Source of the DNA: Candidatus Saccharimonadota bacterium
Lineage (GTDB): Bacteria > Patescibacteriota > Gracilibacteria > Absconditabacterales > Absconditicoccaceae
NCBI GenBank assembly: GCA_030429145.1
Contig: JAUIDC010000001.1
Span: 600,001-632,000, forward strand
Reading direction: 5' to 3'
Length of the DNA stretch: 32,000 bases
In this document: piece by piece, positions 1 to 11,147 of the stretch
How the letters are laid out: each line of letters opens with the position of its first letter
How positions within the stretch are numbered: the first letter of the stretch is position 1
Made by a program: the position numbers and the translations under genes
The notes under the pieces: generated by a model
The model's input: only the letters and a program-made list of their open reading frames with translations
The model's database searches: none
What the model was told of the DNA's origin: nothing

Positions 1-123
1 CTTGTTTGCCGTCCAGCTTATTTTCTCTCGCTTGGCAAAGCTATCCAACGCTAAAAACCCCGCATTGTGGCGGGTATTCTCATATTTCTTTCCTGGATTC
101 CCTAGTCAGACAATTAGTTTCAT
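1..123 (-). CDS. pth: peptidyl-tRNA hydrolase, N-terminal part (gene runs off the window start)
   Basis: Reverse translation from ATG (121-123) gives MKLIV[TGA][35 protein letters not shown]. This is the canonical Pth N-terminus (GLGNPG...TRHN.GF), with the first Gly of GLGNPG encoded by TGA at 106-108. Confidence 0.85.
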
Positions 124-132
124 CACTGAGGA

Positions 133-2568
133 TTACTCCATAACATAAAACTCCATGATATCTCCTTCGAGGATTTTCTTGCTGACTCTGACTTTCATAC
201 CACACTCGTAGCCAGCTTGAATTTCGTCTACGTTCTCCGCTTCACGTTTGAGAGAGGTAACCTTACCCGTTGCATAGATCTCTGCCTCTTCGCCTTCACC
301 GTGTCGGATTCTAAATGAGGCTCCATTTTTGATCTTGCCGTCGATAACCTTTCCACCGATAATCATTTCTTTCTCTTTCTTGTAGAAGATACCGAGCACT
401 TCAAGTTTACCAAGGTATACTTCTTTCTCTTCGATCACGATCATACCCTGAAGAATTTGCTCGATATAATCAGTCATCTCATAGATGATATCGTAGTTTT
501 TTACTGTCGTTTTCATCTGTTCCGCTTTCTTGGCAAGCGAAGCAGTGATAGTCGTGTTGAAACCAAGGAGGAGGGCGTTTGACGCCTGTCCAAGAGAGAG
601 GTCACTGTCTCCAAAATTACCTACATCAGAGTGAACGATCTTGATAGAAAGATTTTCTGGTACCTCAATATTTTCGATAGCATATTTGACTGCCTCGAGA
701 GAGCCGTACGAGTCTGCTTTGAGGATCAGGTTGAGCTGTGCGTCATCTCATGATTGGATCTTTGACATGAGCTGAGCGAGTCCACCTTCGTCTTGCTTCT
801 CTTTCTCTTTTTCAAGGATCTTTGAGATTTTGTTTTGTGCTTCACGCTCGTTGTTTACCACTTCTGCAACACGTCCCGGTTCTGGTACATCACTGAGACC
901 GAGAATCATCACAGGATCTCCACCTTCCACATGTTTTGTCTCTTTTCCTGTCCGGTCGAGCATCTTTCTTACTTTTCCATATGTGTTGTGAATCATCACA
1001 ATATCTCCGACATTGAGTTTTCCGGTGAGAAGGAGAATAGTTGAGAGGACACCCTGTTTGCTATCTTTTGTTGCTTCAAGAACAATACCAACACCATTTC
1101 TTGTCGGATTGTACTTCAGTTCAAGCATCTCAGCGTGTAGTGAAATCGTTTCGAGAAGCTCGTCTACGCCTTGTCCAGTCATGGCAGATACAGGGACGAG
1201 AGGGATATTTCCTCCCCAGTCCTCAGGAGTGAGGCCGTGCTCAGCGAGTTGACCTTTGATGTTGTCTATATTGCCTGTTCCTTTGTCTATCTTCGTGATA
1301 GCAACAATGATAGGTACTCCTGCATCCTTTGCATGATTGATAGCTTCTACTGTTTGTTGCTTGATACCATCGTCAACAGCGATAACAATAACAACAATAT
1401 TTGTAATCTTCGCACCACGTGCACGAAGAGACGTGAAAAGTTCGTGTCCTGGAGTGTCGATGAAAGTGATCTTTTTATCGTTATGTTCAATTTGAGACGC
1501 TCCGATAGACTGCGTGATACCACCAGCTTCTCCACTCACAACATTCGTTTGTCTGAGGTGATCGAGAAGCTTTGTCTTACCATGATCGACGTGACCCATG
1601 ATAGTGACAACAGGAGGTCTTTCTTTGAGGTTTTCTGCTTCTTTGTCAGCAGCGAGTATCGCATTGACGTTTCCTTCTAGCATATCATCCACTGAGATGC
1701 TTGTTGCCTCCTTTCTTACCTTGACGCCGAGCTCTTCGCCAATAAGGTTTGCTGTATCAAAATCGATAGATGAGTTGATGTTCACCATAATTTTATTTTG
1801 AAGAAATTTCTTCATGAGCTCATTGAACGATACACCCATCTTTTCAGAAAACTCTTTCACAGTAATGCTATCACCAATGATGATTTCCTGTTTCTTCACA
1901 AGATTGCCTGATACACCGGCTTCTTTTACTGGTCTTTGTACTGGGATAGACTGCTCTGCAGGAGCTGCTTTTTCTTTCGTTGGAGCAGCTCATTTGCCGT
2001 GAGGTTTTCCTTTGTATGTTCCTTGTGAAAATGAGGTATTAGAAAATGTGTGAAAGGTTTTTCCTGCACTTTCTGATTTCTGAGGAGAGCGTCTTTCGAA
2101 ATTTTTCCTCTCAGGACGTGCTGCGTCTCAGCGCTCTGATCTCCCTTTCTTCTTTGGAGAGTCTTTTCTTTCACTGATGGGAGCTGAGAGGATGACTCTT
2201 GCATTTCCAAAAGAGACCTTGATTTCTTCTAGAGTGTCAGCCTCTTTTGCTGGAGCAGCTTCTTTCTCTTCTGTTGCTACCTCTTCTTTTTTGTCTTCGT
2301 CTTTTGGAGAAAATCCAAGTCATGAGAGAAAGTCGTCGCCACTAAAGAGTTCATCTCCCTTGAGCACTTTATCATCATCTTTCTTAGAGTCTTTTGTAGC
2401 TGCTTTTTTCGCTGAACTTCCAAGTTCTTTTTCGATAAGAGGCCACTCTTCGTCTTTGAGGTTCACAGCTCTTGAGCTAAGCGCCTTTCCTACGACCTTT
2501 TTATAAGCAACGGCGAGTTCTTCTCTCGTTATCTGTAGATCTGATAAAATATCGTTAATTTTTGGCAT
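133..2568 (-). CDS. infB: translation initiation factor IF-2
   Basis: ORF-track pieces 133-516, 748-1899 and 2320-2676 are in one frame, and so is the untracked 1900-2319 stretch. In-frame TGA at 748-750, 1990-1992, 2128-2130 and 2320-2322. GTPase motifs [13 protein letters not shown] and ITKID. Lys/Glu/Ala-rich N-terminal linker. Likely start [18 protein letters not shown] at 2566-2568. True stop TAA at 133-135. Confidence 0.92.
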
Positions 2569-2658
2569 ATAACAAAAATAGGTAACTAAAAATAATAATA
2601 AGGCTATGTATATGGTTTTTTCGAGGGAATACAAGCGGAATACCATAGGTAATAACTG

Positions 2659-2686
2659 TTGCATACGCCCTCTCAATCACTATACT
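2659..2686 (+). promoter_or_regulatory. candidate sigma70-type promoter for cca
   Basis: TTGCAT (2659-2664), 16-nt spacer, TATACT (2681-2686), about 33 nt upstream of the cca ATG. Lies in the divergent infB/cca intergenic region. Pattern match only. Confidence 0.3.
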
Positions 2687-2718
2687 GACCTCAGCAATTT
2701 ATATTGTGCAGATTTTCT

Positions 2719-4389
2719 ATGCATATAGAGGATATCGCTTATCTCAACTGACATCTTCATGAGCTTGCCGGCTACACTTCAGGCAAGCAACTTTTTGTTG
2801 TTGGTGGAGCAGTTCGTGATATTCTTCTTGGTATCAACAAAGAGCCGAAAGACATTGATATGACACTAGCTGGAGAGCCAGATGTTATATTCGCTGCATT
2901 GGAGCAGGCGTCTCGTGACGACTATTCGCTCTTTCGTACAGAGAAATTTGGTACGATGACGATGATTGACAAAAAGACAGAGGTCTCTTATGAGCTTACA
3001 CCATTTCGTGAGGAAGGGGGATACGAAGATCATCGTCATCCTGATCAGATCGCTTGGTCAAACTCTCTTTTAGCAGATGCAAAGAGAAGAGACTTTACTA
3101 TCAATTGTATCTACTATACATTTGTTTCCCGTGGGAAGAGTGCTTCATCAAGCTCATCAACTGTTGACCAAGAGAAGCTGATCAAAGAGCTTAGTAAGCA
3201 TGGATGGTACTACCAAGCAGATTGCTCTCTGCTTATAGTACAGCAACACGAGTTGATTGAAAAGTTATTTGCTGATGGGATATTTCAGGGGGAGGTATTT
3301 GATGCGTGGGTAGAAGAGAGTGATGTGGAAATAAAAGGTGACGTAGGGATTTTGATAGATCCATTTTTTGGTATACAGGATTTGTATAAGTGAGTGCTTC
3401 GTGCTGTAGGGGATGCAAACAAGAGATTTCAAGAGGATGCACTTCGTATATTGCGTGCTGTGAGGATAGTAAATATACTCAATCAAAAGCTTGAACAAGG
3501 TAATTTTGACTTTGAAAAAGAGACCTGGCTTGCGATGAAAGAGCAGCATGCGTTGGTGCCTGGGTTGGCGAAGGAGCGTCTGCATCAGGAGATCGAAAAA
3601 GTGTTCAGAGGAAATAATCCATTTGGATGGGTTGCGCTTATTGATGATATTGGGTTGCTTGCAACGCTATTCCCTGCGTTAGCTGTCAACAAATACGATG
3701 AACAGCCTGTGCGTTATCATCCGTTCGATACGTATTCGCATACATTGTTGACTCTCTGGCAGTTACAGCAGATTAATGACAACTACCTTGTGAAGCTTGG
3801 AATGCTCTATCATGATGTCGGCAAGAAAGATCAATATGCAGCATATGCAGAAGCGACGACGAAAGAAGAGATAGAAGAGATTCATCGTGGTGAAGCAAAT
3901 CATGTTATTTGTGGGCCTGAGTATGCTGCGAGAGATTTTCGTGCTTTAGGATTTTCAAATAAGGAGATAGAAGAGATTCAGTTCTATATTGCATATCATA
4001 TGAGACCTGGACAGATATTGACTGCGAACAAAGAGAATCAACTCAAGAAGGTTCGCAAACTACTATCAGAACATGGGTATGAAAGAGTGAAAAATCTCTT
4101 TGATATTACCGTGGCGGATAGGAAGGGGCAGTTCAATCCATTGCAATCCGACGAGGTGGAGTCGGTACAGCATCTTTATGTTCTCCTTGATAAACTCTAT
4201 AATGAGGAAGGACAGTTCACTATGCGTGAACTGGCTATAGACGGGAATGTTCTTATGGAAGAGTTTGATCTCTCTCCTGGTCCACAGATCAAAGAGCTCC
4301 TCGATAAGGCATTTGACTGGGTGCTTTCAGATATTGCAGCAAGAAATTCCAAAAAAACTATTCTTTCTTATTTACGCTCTCAAGAATAA
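2719..4389 (+). CDS. cca: CCA-adding enzyme / tRNA nucleotidyltransferase with C-terminal HD domain
   Basis: MHIEDIAYLN[TGA]HLHELAGY..LFVVGGAVRDILLG...DIDMT (pol-beta NTase motif). The conserved K-[TGA=G]-VLRAVGDANKRFQEDALRILRA follows. HD region ...MLYHDVGK. In-frame TGA at 2749-2751 and 3391-3393 joins ORFs 2860-3393 and 3394-4389. Stop TAA. Confidence 0.88.
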
Positions 4390-4401
4390 TCATATACTCT
4401 T

Positions 4402-6960
4402 ATGGAAAACGCACATCATACAAAACGTTCCCGTTCTAGTTGGATAGGGAGACAACCCAAAAATCTCCGAAAACATATTGTCTACTCGGTTCTTTACTCT
4501 CCACGATATGGCAGGACACTGTTGGCTATGGCTATTTTTTTGATTGTCATGAAAATGCTTCTCGTGCACGAAGCGTATGGGGCGGCACTTATAGGCGAAA
4601 CGGTAGTGAAAACGGTGATGAATTATGTGAGTATCCTTGCGAGCGATTTTATGATAGTGGGACTTATTTTTGTCGGAGCATTTCTCAATGCGGTGATTCG
4701 TAGAAAACGATTTAAGCGATACGTGAATATTACGGCATTGTTACTTATGCTTTTGTATGTGAGTGATATGTTCTCTATCTACTATTTTCAGAGTAGGTTC
4801 TACCTGATGGACCTACTACAGTTTTTTTCATTTAAAAATGGAGCAGGATATGTGCTCTATCCGTTAGCGTGGAGTATCCTTTTTATTACCATCTTATTTG
4901 TCTTCTTTTTGATGGTACAGAAATGGTTTCCAGTGATTCGCAGAAGAAACATGCACCTGAGGGCAGCGTTGGTGTTCTTTGCTATGTGTGTCCTGTTTAG
5001 TGGTGTTAACTTATTGAGCAATACCGATTTTCACTTCCGTAATAATGTGTTGGCAATCAACATCCAAGAGATTGTGGCTGTGGCATCAGCAAATGATAGA
5101 GATGCTTTGCCAGGAAGGGAGATCCAGTCATATGAGAGCTACTTTGTACCGATGGTTGGGCAGAAGAGACAAGGGGATGTGATTGTGCTTTTTGCTGAGT
5201 CTTTCTCCACAGTAGATTCTAAGAGGTCGGGAGGAATACACGACTATCTGACAGGTTTTGATACCATAGCGGCCGATGGTATCACCTATACCAATTTTAT
5301 TGCCAATGGTTGTACCTCAGAGACAGCGCATATTGCATTGTTGCAGGGAATCGAACCATGGGAGGTCCTACAGGGTTCGTCGGAAGACTATAAGAACTAT
5401 AAGGCGTATACAGAGTCCCTCCCTCAGTTTTTCAATGGATTGGGTTATGAGACCGTGTTTGTGAGTACGGCGCCGCTATCGTTTCTCAACCAAAGAGAGT
5501 TCTTGAAAGAAACGGGCTTTTCGAAGATAGTCGGTGAGGAGGCATTTGCCGGAACACAGCAATATGTCTTCAACGCGGCGCCGGATAAAGCCTTGTACGA
5601 CAAGGCGTTACAGATAGTGCGCAACAAAGATCAGCAGAAGCCGCTCTTCCTTTCTCTGCAGACGATCTCTTCGCATAAGCCTTATAACTCGCCAGATGGT
5701 ACAAGTGAGCGTGCAGCTTTTGCCTATTCAGATGCTCAGCTTCTCTCATTTTACGAGCAGCTGAAGGTAGACTGATTTTTCAAACATGGTACGCTCATAG
5801 TTGTGGGAGATCATAGAAAAATGGAACCGCTCGAACGTGAGGAGTTTCAAAAATTCGGAACGAGTGCTAACGGAAGAGCTGTGTTGGCCGTCGTGTGACC
5901 TCACATTGCGAAAGATGCATATCATGAAGATGTATTACAGCATATTGATCTCTTTTCGTCACTAAAATATCACTATGGTACTGGACAGATCTCACTCAAC
6001 AGTCGCTTCAATGATGTGTTTGGGAACTATCAGTGAAGAAAACAGGCAGTCCGCTACTGCCAGTATGTGGAAAGACAATATATAGCAACTGATAAGGATA
6101 ATGACTCTTGGACTATTAGCGCAACGACAGATAGATTAAATCTTGCCTATATCAATGCCTATAAAAAATTTCAGCAATACACAGGAAGTCTCAGCAAAGA
6201 CATGGCAGAGATAGAGAAACTGAAGCGTGAAAAAGGTCTCGTTATCATCTGACATCAGTGAGCGCCGATGATAGAAGCACCAAATAGTTACTCAAGTTTT
6301 ATGCGTGCGAAAGAGCAGTGAGCGGATGGTATCGAGTTCGATATCTCTCTCACAAAGGACAACTATAGCGTCGTACTACACGGTCCTGATATCGGTCGTA
6401 CGCAATGTAAACATAGCGAAGGCAAAAGAAATGTTGCTGAGTTTACACTCAAAGAGCTAAAAGACAACTGTAAGCTCTTCAATGGTGAGCCAGTGTTGAC
6501 ACTCACGGAGGCGCTACAAAAAACACAAGGTCAGTTCCAATACTATTTTGTCGATGTGAAGGTGTTTGACCAAACAAAAGTGGAGCAACAAATGAAAGAT
6601 GTTGTCGAGACAGTGAAAAAACTTCGTATGTCAGACGAGACAATTATATCCAGCTATGATTTTACGGGAAATAGAGCCTTGTGAGTATTTGGAAAAAGGA
6701 TGACACTCGCATGGGACACCTTTGATTCGAGCGAATATCTTGCTATGAATGATGCACCATATCAGTACTTTATGTTGCCATATATGTCGTATGAGCCTTA
6801 CATGGTTGAGTATGTCAGAGCTCACGGAAAGGAGCCTGTCGCTTATACTATCAACAACGTACAGGATGTGAAAAAACTCTATGATATGGGTGTCAAAATC
6901 ATCATGACAGACAACATACCTATGATCATCGAGTGGCTGAGAAGTGAACAAAATCAGTAA
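4402..6960 (+). CDS. membrane-anchored LtaS-like sulfatase (alkaline-phosphatase superfamily) fused to a C-terminal glycerophosphodiester phosphodiesterase (GDPD)-like domain
   Basis: One frame joins ORFs 4402-5775, 6067-6252, 6493-6684 and 6700-6960 through seven TGA codons (5773, 5896, 6034, 6250, 6259, 6319, 6682). N-terminus is multi-TM. Sulfatase-type motifs: LFAESFS, NGCTSETAHIALLQG, SSHKPY, GDHRKMEP. The GDPD-like tail starts around 6235: VII[G]HQ[G]APMIEAPNSYSSFMRAKEQ[G]ADGIEFDISLTKDNYSVVLHG...IIMTD. Stop TAA. Confidence 0.75.
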
Positions 6961-7033
6961 CTCGTGTTGTAGTATGAGGGGCTTTCTCTATTATCTACTC
7001 GTAGTGGTTATTTTATCAAATGAGTAGATTGTT

Positions 7034-7423
7034 ATGAGTACTATTTTCTCTCGTATCATTGCTGGTGAGATACCAGCACAAAAAGTCTATGAGGATGATC
7101 GTCTGATCGCCATCTTGGATATCAACCCTATCCAAAAGGGACACACGTTACTCATTCCCAAAAAGCCTTACAGATGGCTTGAGGAGTGTGACGACGAACT
7201 TATTGCTCATCTTTTTCTCACAGCTAAGGAGTTGATGATCAATATGAAACAAACATTGGGCTGCGAGTATGTTCACCTCAATGTAGAGGGTGTCGATGTG
7301 CCACATGTCCACGTTCATCTCATCCCTTCTACGACTGCAGAGAAAAATGGTCAGTGGAACCATGTATCATATGCGGAGGGAGAAATGGAAGCATATCAGA
7401 AAAAATTAGCAATGAATATTTAG
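7034..7423 (+). CDS. HIT-family (histidine triad) nucleotide hydrolase/transferase
   Basis: 129 aa. MSTIFSRIIAGEIPAQKVYEDDRLIAILDINP...GHTLLIPKK and the histidine triad HVHVHLIP. Stop TAG. Confidence 0.85.
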   Translation: MSTIFSRIIAGEIPAQKVYEDDRLIAILDINPIQKGHTLLIPKKPYRWLEECDDELIAHLFLTAKELMINMKQTLGCEYVHLNVEGVDVPHVHVHLIPSTTAEKNGQWNHVSYAEGEMEAYQKKLAMNI

Positions 7424-7455
7424 TTGGTTACCCATAACAAGCGATGTCAGTAAAA

Positions 7456-7896
7456 ATGGATGTGGTGCTCTTACAGAGCGTGAAATGACTGTGAAATAAG
7501 GATGATATTGTTGCTGTGGCAGTGCCATATGCGAAAAATGTGTTGTTTCCACAAGGCAAGGCAAAAGCTGCAGATAAACAGGCTATGGATGCTATGAAAC
7601 AGAAGCAGCAAAAGAAGCAAAAACATGCCGAAGAGTCGCAAGAGGCGTTTACTTCTCTCCAACAATGGGTTAAGGATGGTGGTATTGTGAAAATACACAA
7701 GAATGCTACGCCACAGGGGCATCTCTATGAGAAGCTTTCAGTAAAAGATATCCAACACGCCATCTACGAGATATGCGAGATATCTATCCCTACTGATTGG
7801 ATTGTGCTCGATGAAAAAGTGAATATGATCGGAGATCATCAAGTGGTGGTAACCTATAACAAAAAAACTATCAAACTCTCTCTTACTATACAATAA
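7456..7896 (+). CDS. rplI: 50S ribosomal protein L9
   Basis: MDVVLLQSVK[TGA]L[TGA]NKDDIVAVAVPYAKNVLFPQGKAKAA matches the L9 N-domain (MKVILLEDV.NLGKKGD...GYARN.LIPKG.A). The second TGA (7492-7494) sits on the conserved LG. The C-terminal domain corresponds to ORF 7516-7896. Alternative start ATG at 7444. Confidence 0.85.
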
Positions 7897-7921
7897 ATTT
7901 ATTACTTATTTCTCGTCTTGT

Positions 7922-9475
7922 ATGAAAAAAATTATAACACTTATCTCTACTGCTGTACTTTTCTCGGCGACGACCTTTGCAGCTGGGGAGATGACTATGA
8001 GTGAACCAAAAGAGGATAAAAGACCAGTCTCTATGAGAGAGTTCTTTACCGAATTTTGTGAAGAAGTGGGTTACGGAGTCCCTGAAGTTTCTTTGCAGAT
8101 TGATTTGAGAATTCCTGGGGTAGAGCGTCAGGACGTTCTCTATAGTGCTTTGCAGAAGTGTGTCTATCTTGGTTTTATCCCCAACAGTAGAGTAAACTAC
8201 AGATGGGATGCAACTATCACACCAAAATTCATCAATATCTTTGTGAGTAAGTATCTTCATATAGATCCAGACGTCAATGAGGACGAAAATGTTGTTACTC
8301 GTACACAGCTCAGAAATATGATGAGAAGCATCCCTAACTATAAGATGCTGATGTCGCTTGGTGAAGTAAGTAGTTGGTGATCAAACGGTAATTATGCAAG
8401 TCCGCTTATCAGAGCAGATGGATTTGCCATCTTGTCTCAAGTCTACCTGTTGCTCAAAACAGAGTACCGAGACAGTGATAAGGTATCGGATAAGTCTCTC
8501 CTGGAATGAGCTATCAAGGGTATGGCTGATGCTGTCGGTGATGTGAATACGCAGTATTTCCCACCTGCTGAAGCAGAGCAATTCAATGACCAGCTCAATG
8601 GTAGCTTCGAATGAATAGGTGCGTATCTCGAACTCATTCGTCCAGGTGAAGTTATGATTACTTCTGTTATCAAAGACTCTCCAGCGCAGAAGGCAGGCCT
8701 TCTACCAAATGATCGTATCACTAAGGTTGATGAGTATGAGATAGCAGAAAATGATTCGCTACAGGCTATCATCGCGAAGATCAAATGACCTGCAGGCACC
8801 ACAGTGGAACTCACTATCAGACGTAACGGTGCTGTGAGAGTGATACCTGTGAAGAGAGCAGAGATTATCATCGATATGATAGAGTATGAACTTAGAAACA
8901 ATATCCCTGTTATCAGTATCTACTCGTTCGGGTGGGGCGTAGCTACAGAGTGGAATAAGATTATCGAATCGAATAAATCTGCTATCCAGCGTGCAGGAAA
9001 AATCATTATTGATCTGAGAAATAATCCGGGAGGAAGTCTCGGAGATGTGGCTCAGATGCTCGGTGATTTCGTGCCAGCGGGAGAGCCAGTGGTCTATACG
9101 ACTACCAGATACTATGATGAGGCTATCGCTTCTGACTGACGCGATACTATAGACTTTTCGAAGATCAAAATAGTTATACTGATCAACGAGGCTACCGCGT
9201 CAGCATCTGAAATCATGGCTGGTACGATAAAAGACTATATGCCTAATAACACAACGCTTATTGGTCAAACTTCGTTCGGTAAGGGTTCTGTGCAGTATCT
9301 TCAGCCACTCGCTGATAATAGTAGTTTCAAGGTTACCATCGCTCATTGGTATACAGGTAAGACAAGGCAAGCTATCGATGGTGTTGGTATCAAGCCAGAC
9401 ATTGCTGTAGAACTTGATCATGAACAATTGAAGCAGGGCTATGATACACAGATGGCTGCTGCCATGAGACAGTAA
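7922..9475 (+). CDS. carboxy-terminal processing protease (S41 family, PDZ-containing), secreted
   Basis: Joins ORFs 7922-8380, 8804-9139 and 9215-9475 through five in-frame TGA codons. Signal peptide MKKIITLISTAVLFSATTFAAG. FE[TGA]IGAYLE. PDZ segment SPAQKAGLLPNDRITKVD. IIDLRNNPGGSL. ILINEATASASEIMAG...GQTSFGKGSVQ. Stop TAA. Confidence 0.88.
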
Positions 9476-9504
9476 AACACTACATAAGATAATCTCTATG
9501 ATAC

Positions 9505-9535
9505 AAAAAAGACTGGGACAATGCCCAGTCTTTTT
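9505..9535. terminator. bidirectional rho-independent terminator between convergent genes
   Basis: AAAAAA-GACTGGG-acaatg-CCCAGTC-TTTTT. A perfect 7-bp GC-rich stem flanked by an A-run and a T-run, lying between the S41 protease (+) and the 9556-11031 gene (-). Confidence 0.8.
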
Positions 9536-9555
9536 GTTATTCTTATTGAGAGTAA

Positions 9556-11031
9556 TTACTGAATTACGATGCCTTGAGCAAACTCATTCCATGAAGCTGC
9601 ATTTGATCTGATGATAAAGACTTTTTCTTCATCAGCAGTTTGTGTAACGATATAGTCAGGAAGAGCTGTTTGTATCTCTTCTACCGTTTGTCTTGTAACA
9701 CATTCGAACAGTTCAACACCTGGACTAACTGACTCATTTTCCATGTCAGCATATGCTTTTACCTGAATATTTACGTAGCAGTCAGTGCCTACGAGATCAA
9801 AGTCTTCAGTCACATTGACACCTTCGAATGCGATTTTCTGTGAAGGAAAGAAGACAGAATAGTTACCTCTGTTTGAGACAAAAAGGTAACCAGTCGATGT
9901 AGGGCCAGGTACTTGGCCTACGCTCTTTGGTGTTTCCGACTGTCCGTTTCCATTGCTTGTTCCTTCTCCGTTACTCCCATTGCTTCCGGTCTCAGAACCT
10001 CCGGCGGTTTCATTGCTGATAATATAGCTAGAGAGTGTGAATTTTTCCTGATGTTCACCAAATGTCATATCAACTGTACAAGTCACTTTTTTGTCGTCGG
10101 TATCTGTACCTTCGATGACAGTTGTTCGAGTATTTCCTTTTGCTGTCGTTGTCTGGTTCGTGATGTTAGATAGTCTTGATGTCGCATTGTAGCAGTAGTT
10201 TTTTGCTTGTGATGATATGCGAGATTGGATGTAGGCATTATCAATAGGATAAATGTATGATGAGATCTTATAGAAGAATGCATCTTTTGGTACATTTATC
10301 ATGTAGCCGATGTTTGCATTGCTTGCGAACCACTTACTTGATTCTGTCATCTTATAGAAGGTGATACCTTGTGTATTCGTGAACTGGTCACCAGCATTTG
10401 CAGACGCAATGATTTGCTCACAGTTTTTGAGAGGATCACTCTTTTGACATGTGAAGAAGCTGACAGTGATCATATCTCCGCTCGCGCTTGAAGCAGGATC
10501 AGCGATAGTGATAGTATCATCTGCAACAACAACACTTAACGGAGTAGGGTGAGAACTCACATCTACGAAAAGATTTCCGTTAGGGATATATGTCTTTGCT
10601 GTCGAAAGATCTGTTGTCAACTCTGCATTTTCATCAGATGTGATGAAAGAGACATCGATAACGTACATGTTATCATCATAGCTTTTTACTGTTCCTTTTA
10701 CAGAAACCGAACCATTGTAGTTACCGATAGCTGTTTTTGTGCTAATAAGACCAACTTCCTCGTTGCTTGCTAGCTTCAGCAAATATGAGTATTTCACTGG
10801 ATCTGGAGACTCTTCGATATCACCAGTCAGGATAACCTCTTTTCCTACATACATGTTTGTAAGCAGACTCTTACCGTTGATGTTGTTGCCGGTTCCTGTC
10901 ATATTGTTATTTTTCTCGATTTTTGATCCTGTTTGTTGCAAATATCGCAATCCGAGAGCGATAACTGCGAGTACTAAGATGACGGCTACCAAAGGTGCGC
11001 CTTTCTTTTTTCTTCTTTGTCTTATAGGCAT
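9556..11031 (-). CDS. hypothetical signal-anchored extracytoplasmic protein (491 aa)
   Basis: Uninterrupted ORF with ATG start and TAA stop. N-terminus MPIRQRRKKKGAPLVAVILVLAVIALGL has a basic patch followed by one TM/signal anchor. Internal low-complexity linker TAGGSETGSNGSNGEGTSNGNGQSETPKS. Scattered Cys residues. No motif I recognise. Confidence 0.7.
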   Translation of the reverse strand: MPIRQRRKKKGAPLVAVILVLAVIALGLRYLQQTGSKIEKNNNMTGTGNNINGKSLLTNMYVGKEVILTGDIEESPDPVKYSYLLKLASNEEVGLISTKTAIGNYNGSVSVKGTVKSYDDNMYVIDVSFITSDENAELTTDLSTAKTYIPNGNLFVDVSSHPTPLSVVVADDTITIADPASSASGDMITVSFFTCQKSDPLKNCEQIIASANAGDQFTNTQGITFYKMTESSKWFASNANIGYMINVPKDAFFYKISSYIYPIDNAYIQSRISSQAKNYCYNATSRLSNITNQTTTAKGNTRTTVIEGTDTDDKKVTCTVDMTFGEHQEKFTLSSYIISNETAGGSETGSNGSNGEGTSNGNGQSETPKSVGQVPGPTSTGYLFVSNRGNYSVFFPSQKIAFEGVNVTEDFDLVGTDCYVNIQVKAYADMENESVSPGVELFECVTRQTVEEIQTALPDYIVTQTADEEKVFIIRSNAASWNEFAQGIVIQ

Positions 11032-11147
11032 TGTGATAAGGTTCTGTTACAGATAAAATTCTGCCTCAATGCTACTTATTTTTCGATAAGTTTGCAAGGC
11101 TAAAGCGAGTAAATCATATTTACAAGTACAGAAAAAATATGAATGGT

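Noticed and set aside
130-144. 15-nt exact repeat GGATTACTCCATAAC at 130-144 (infB stop region) and 31932-31946
   Set aside because: In about 64 kb of two-strand AT-rich sequence, one or two 15-mers are expected to repeat by chance. There is no extended similarity on either side.
1171-1680. Long antisense or alternative-frame ORFs in the track. Examples: 1171-1680 (+) inside infB, 8443-8901 (-) inside the protease, 26693-27220 (-) inside rlmE, 12489-12800 (-) inside trxB, 23797-24144 (-) over the Nudix gene, 27424-27702 (-) and 20542-21111 (-) inside proS.
   Set aside because: Each lies opposite to, or out of frame with, a gene that has strong motif support. Their translations are low-complexity or Cys/Leu/Ser-rich with no recognisable motifs.
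9556-11031. Absence of TGA in this gene and in der (28757-30088) as evidence of recent import from a standard-code organism
   Set aside because: Several clearly native housekeeping genes use TGA rarely (proS once, ftsH three times). At such rates, zero in ~36 glycines is not clearly anomalous. Base composition looks native.
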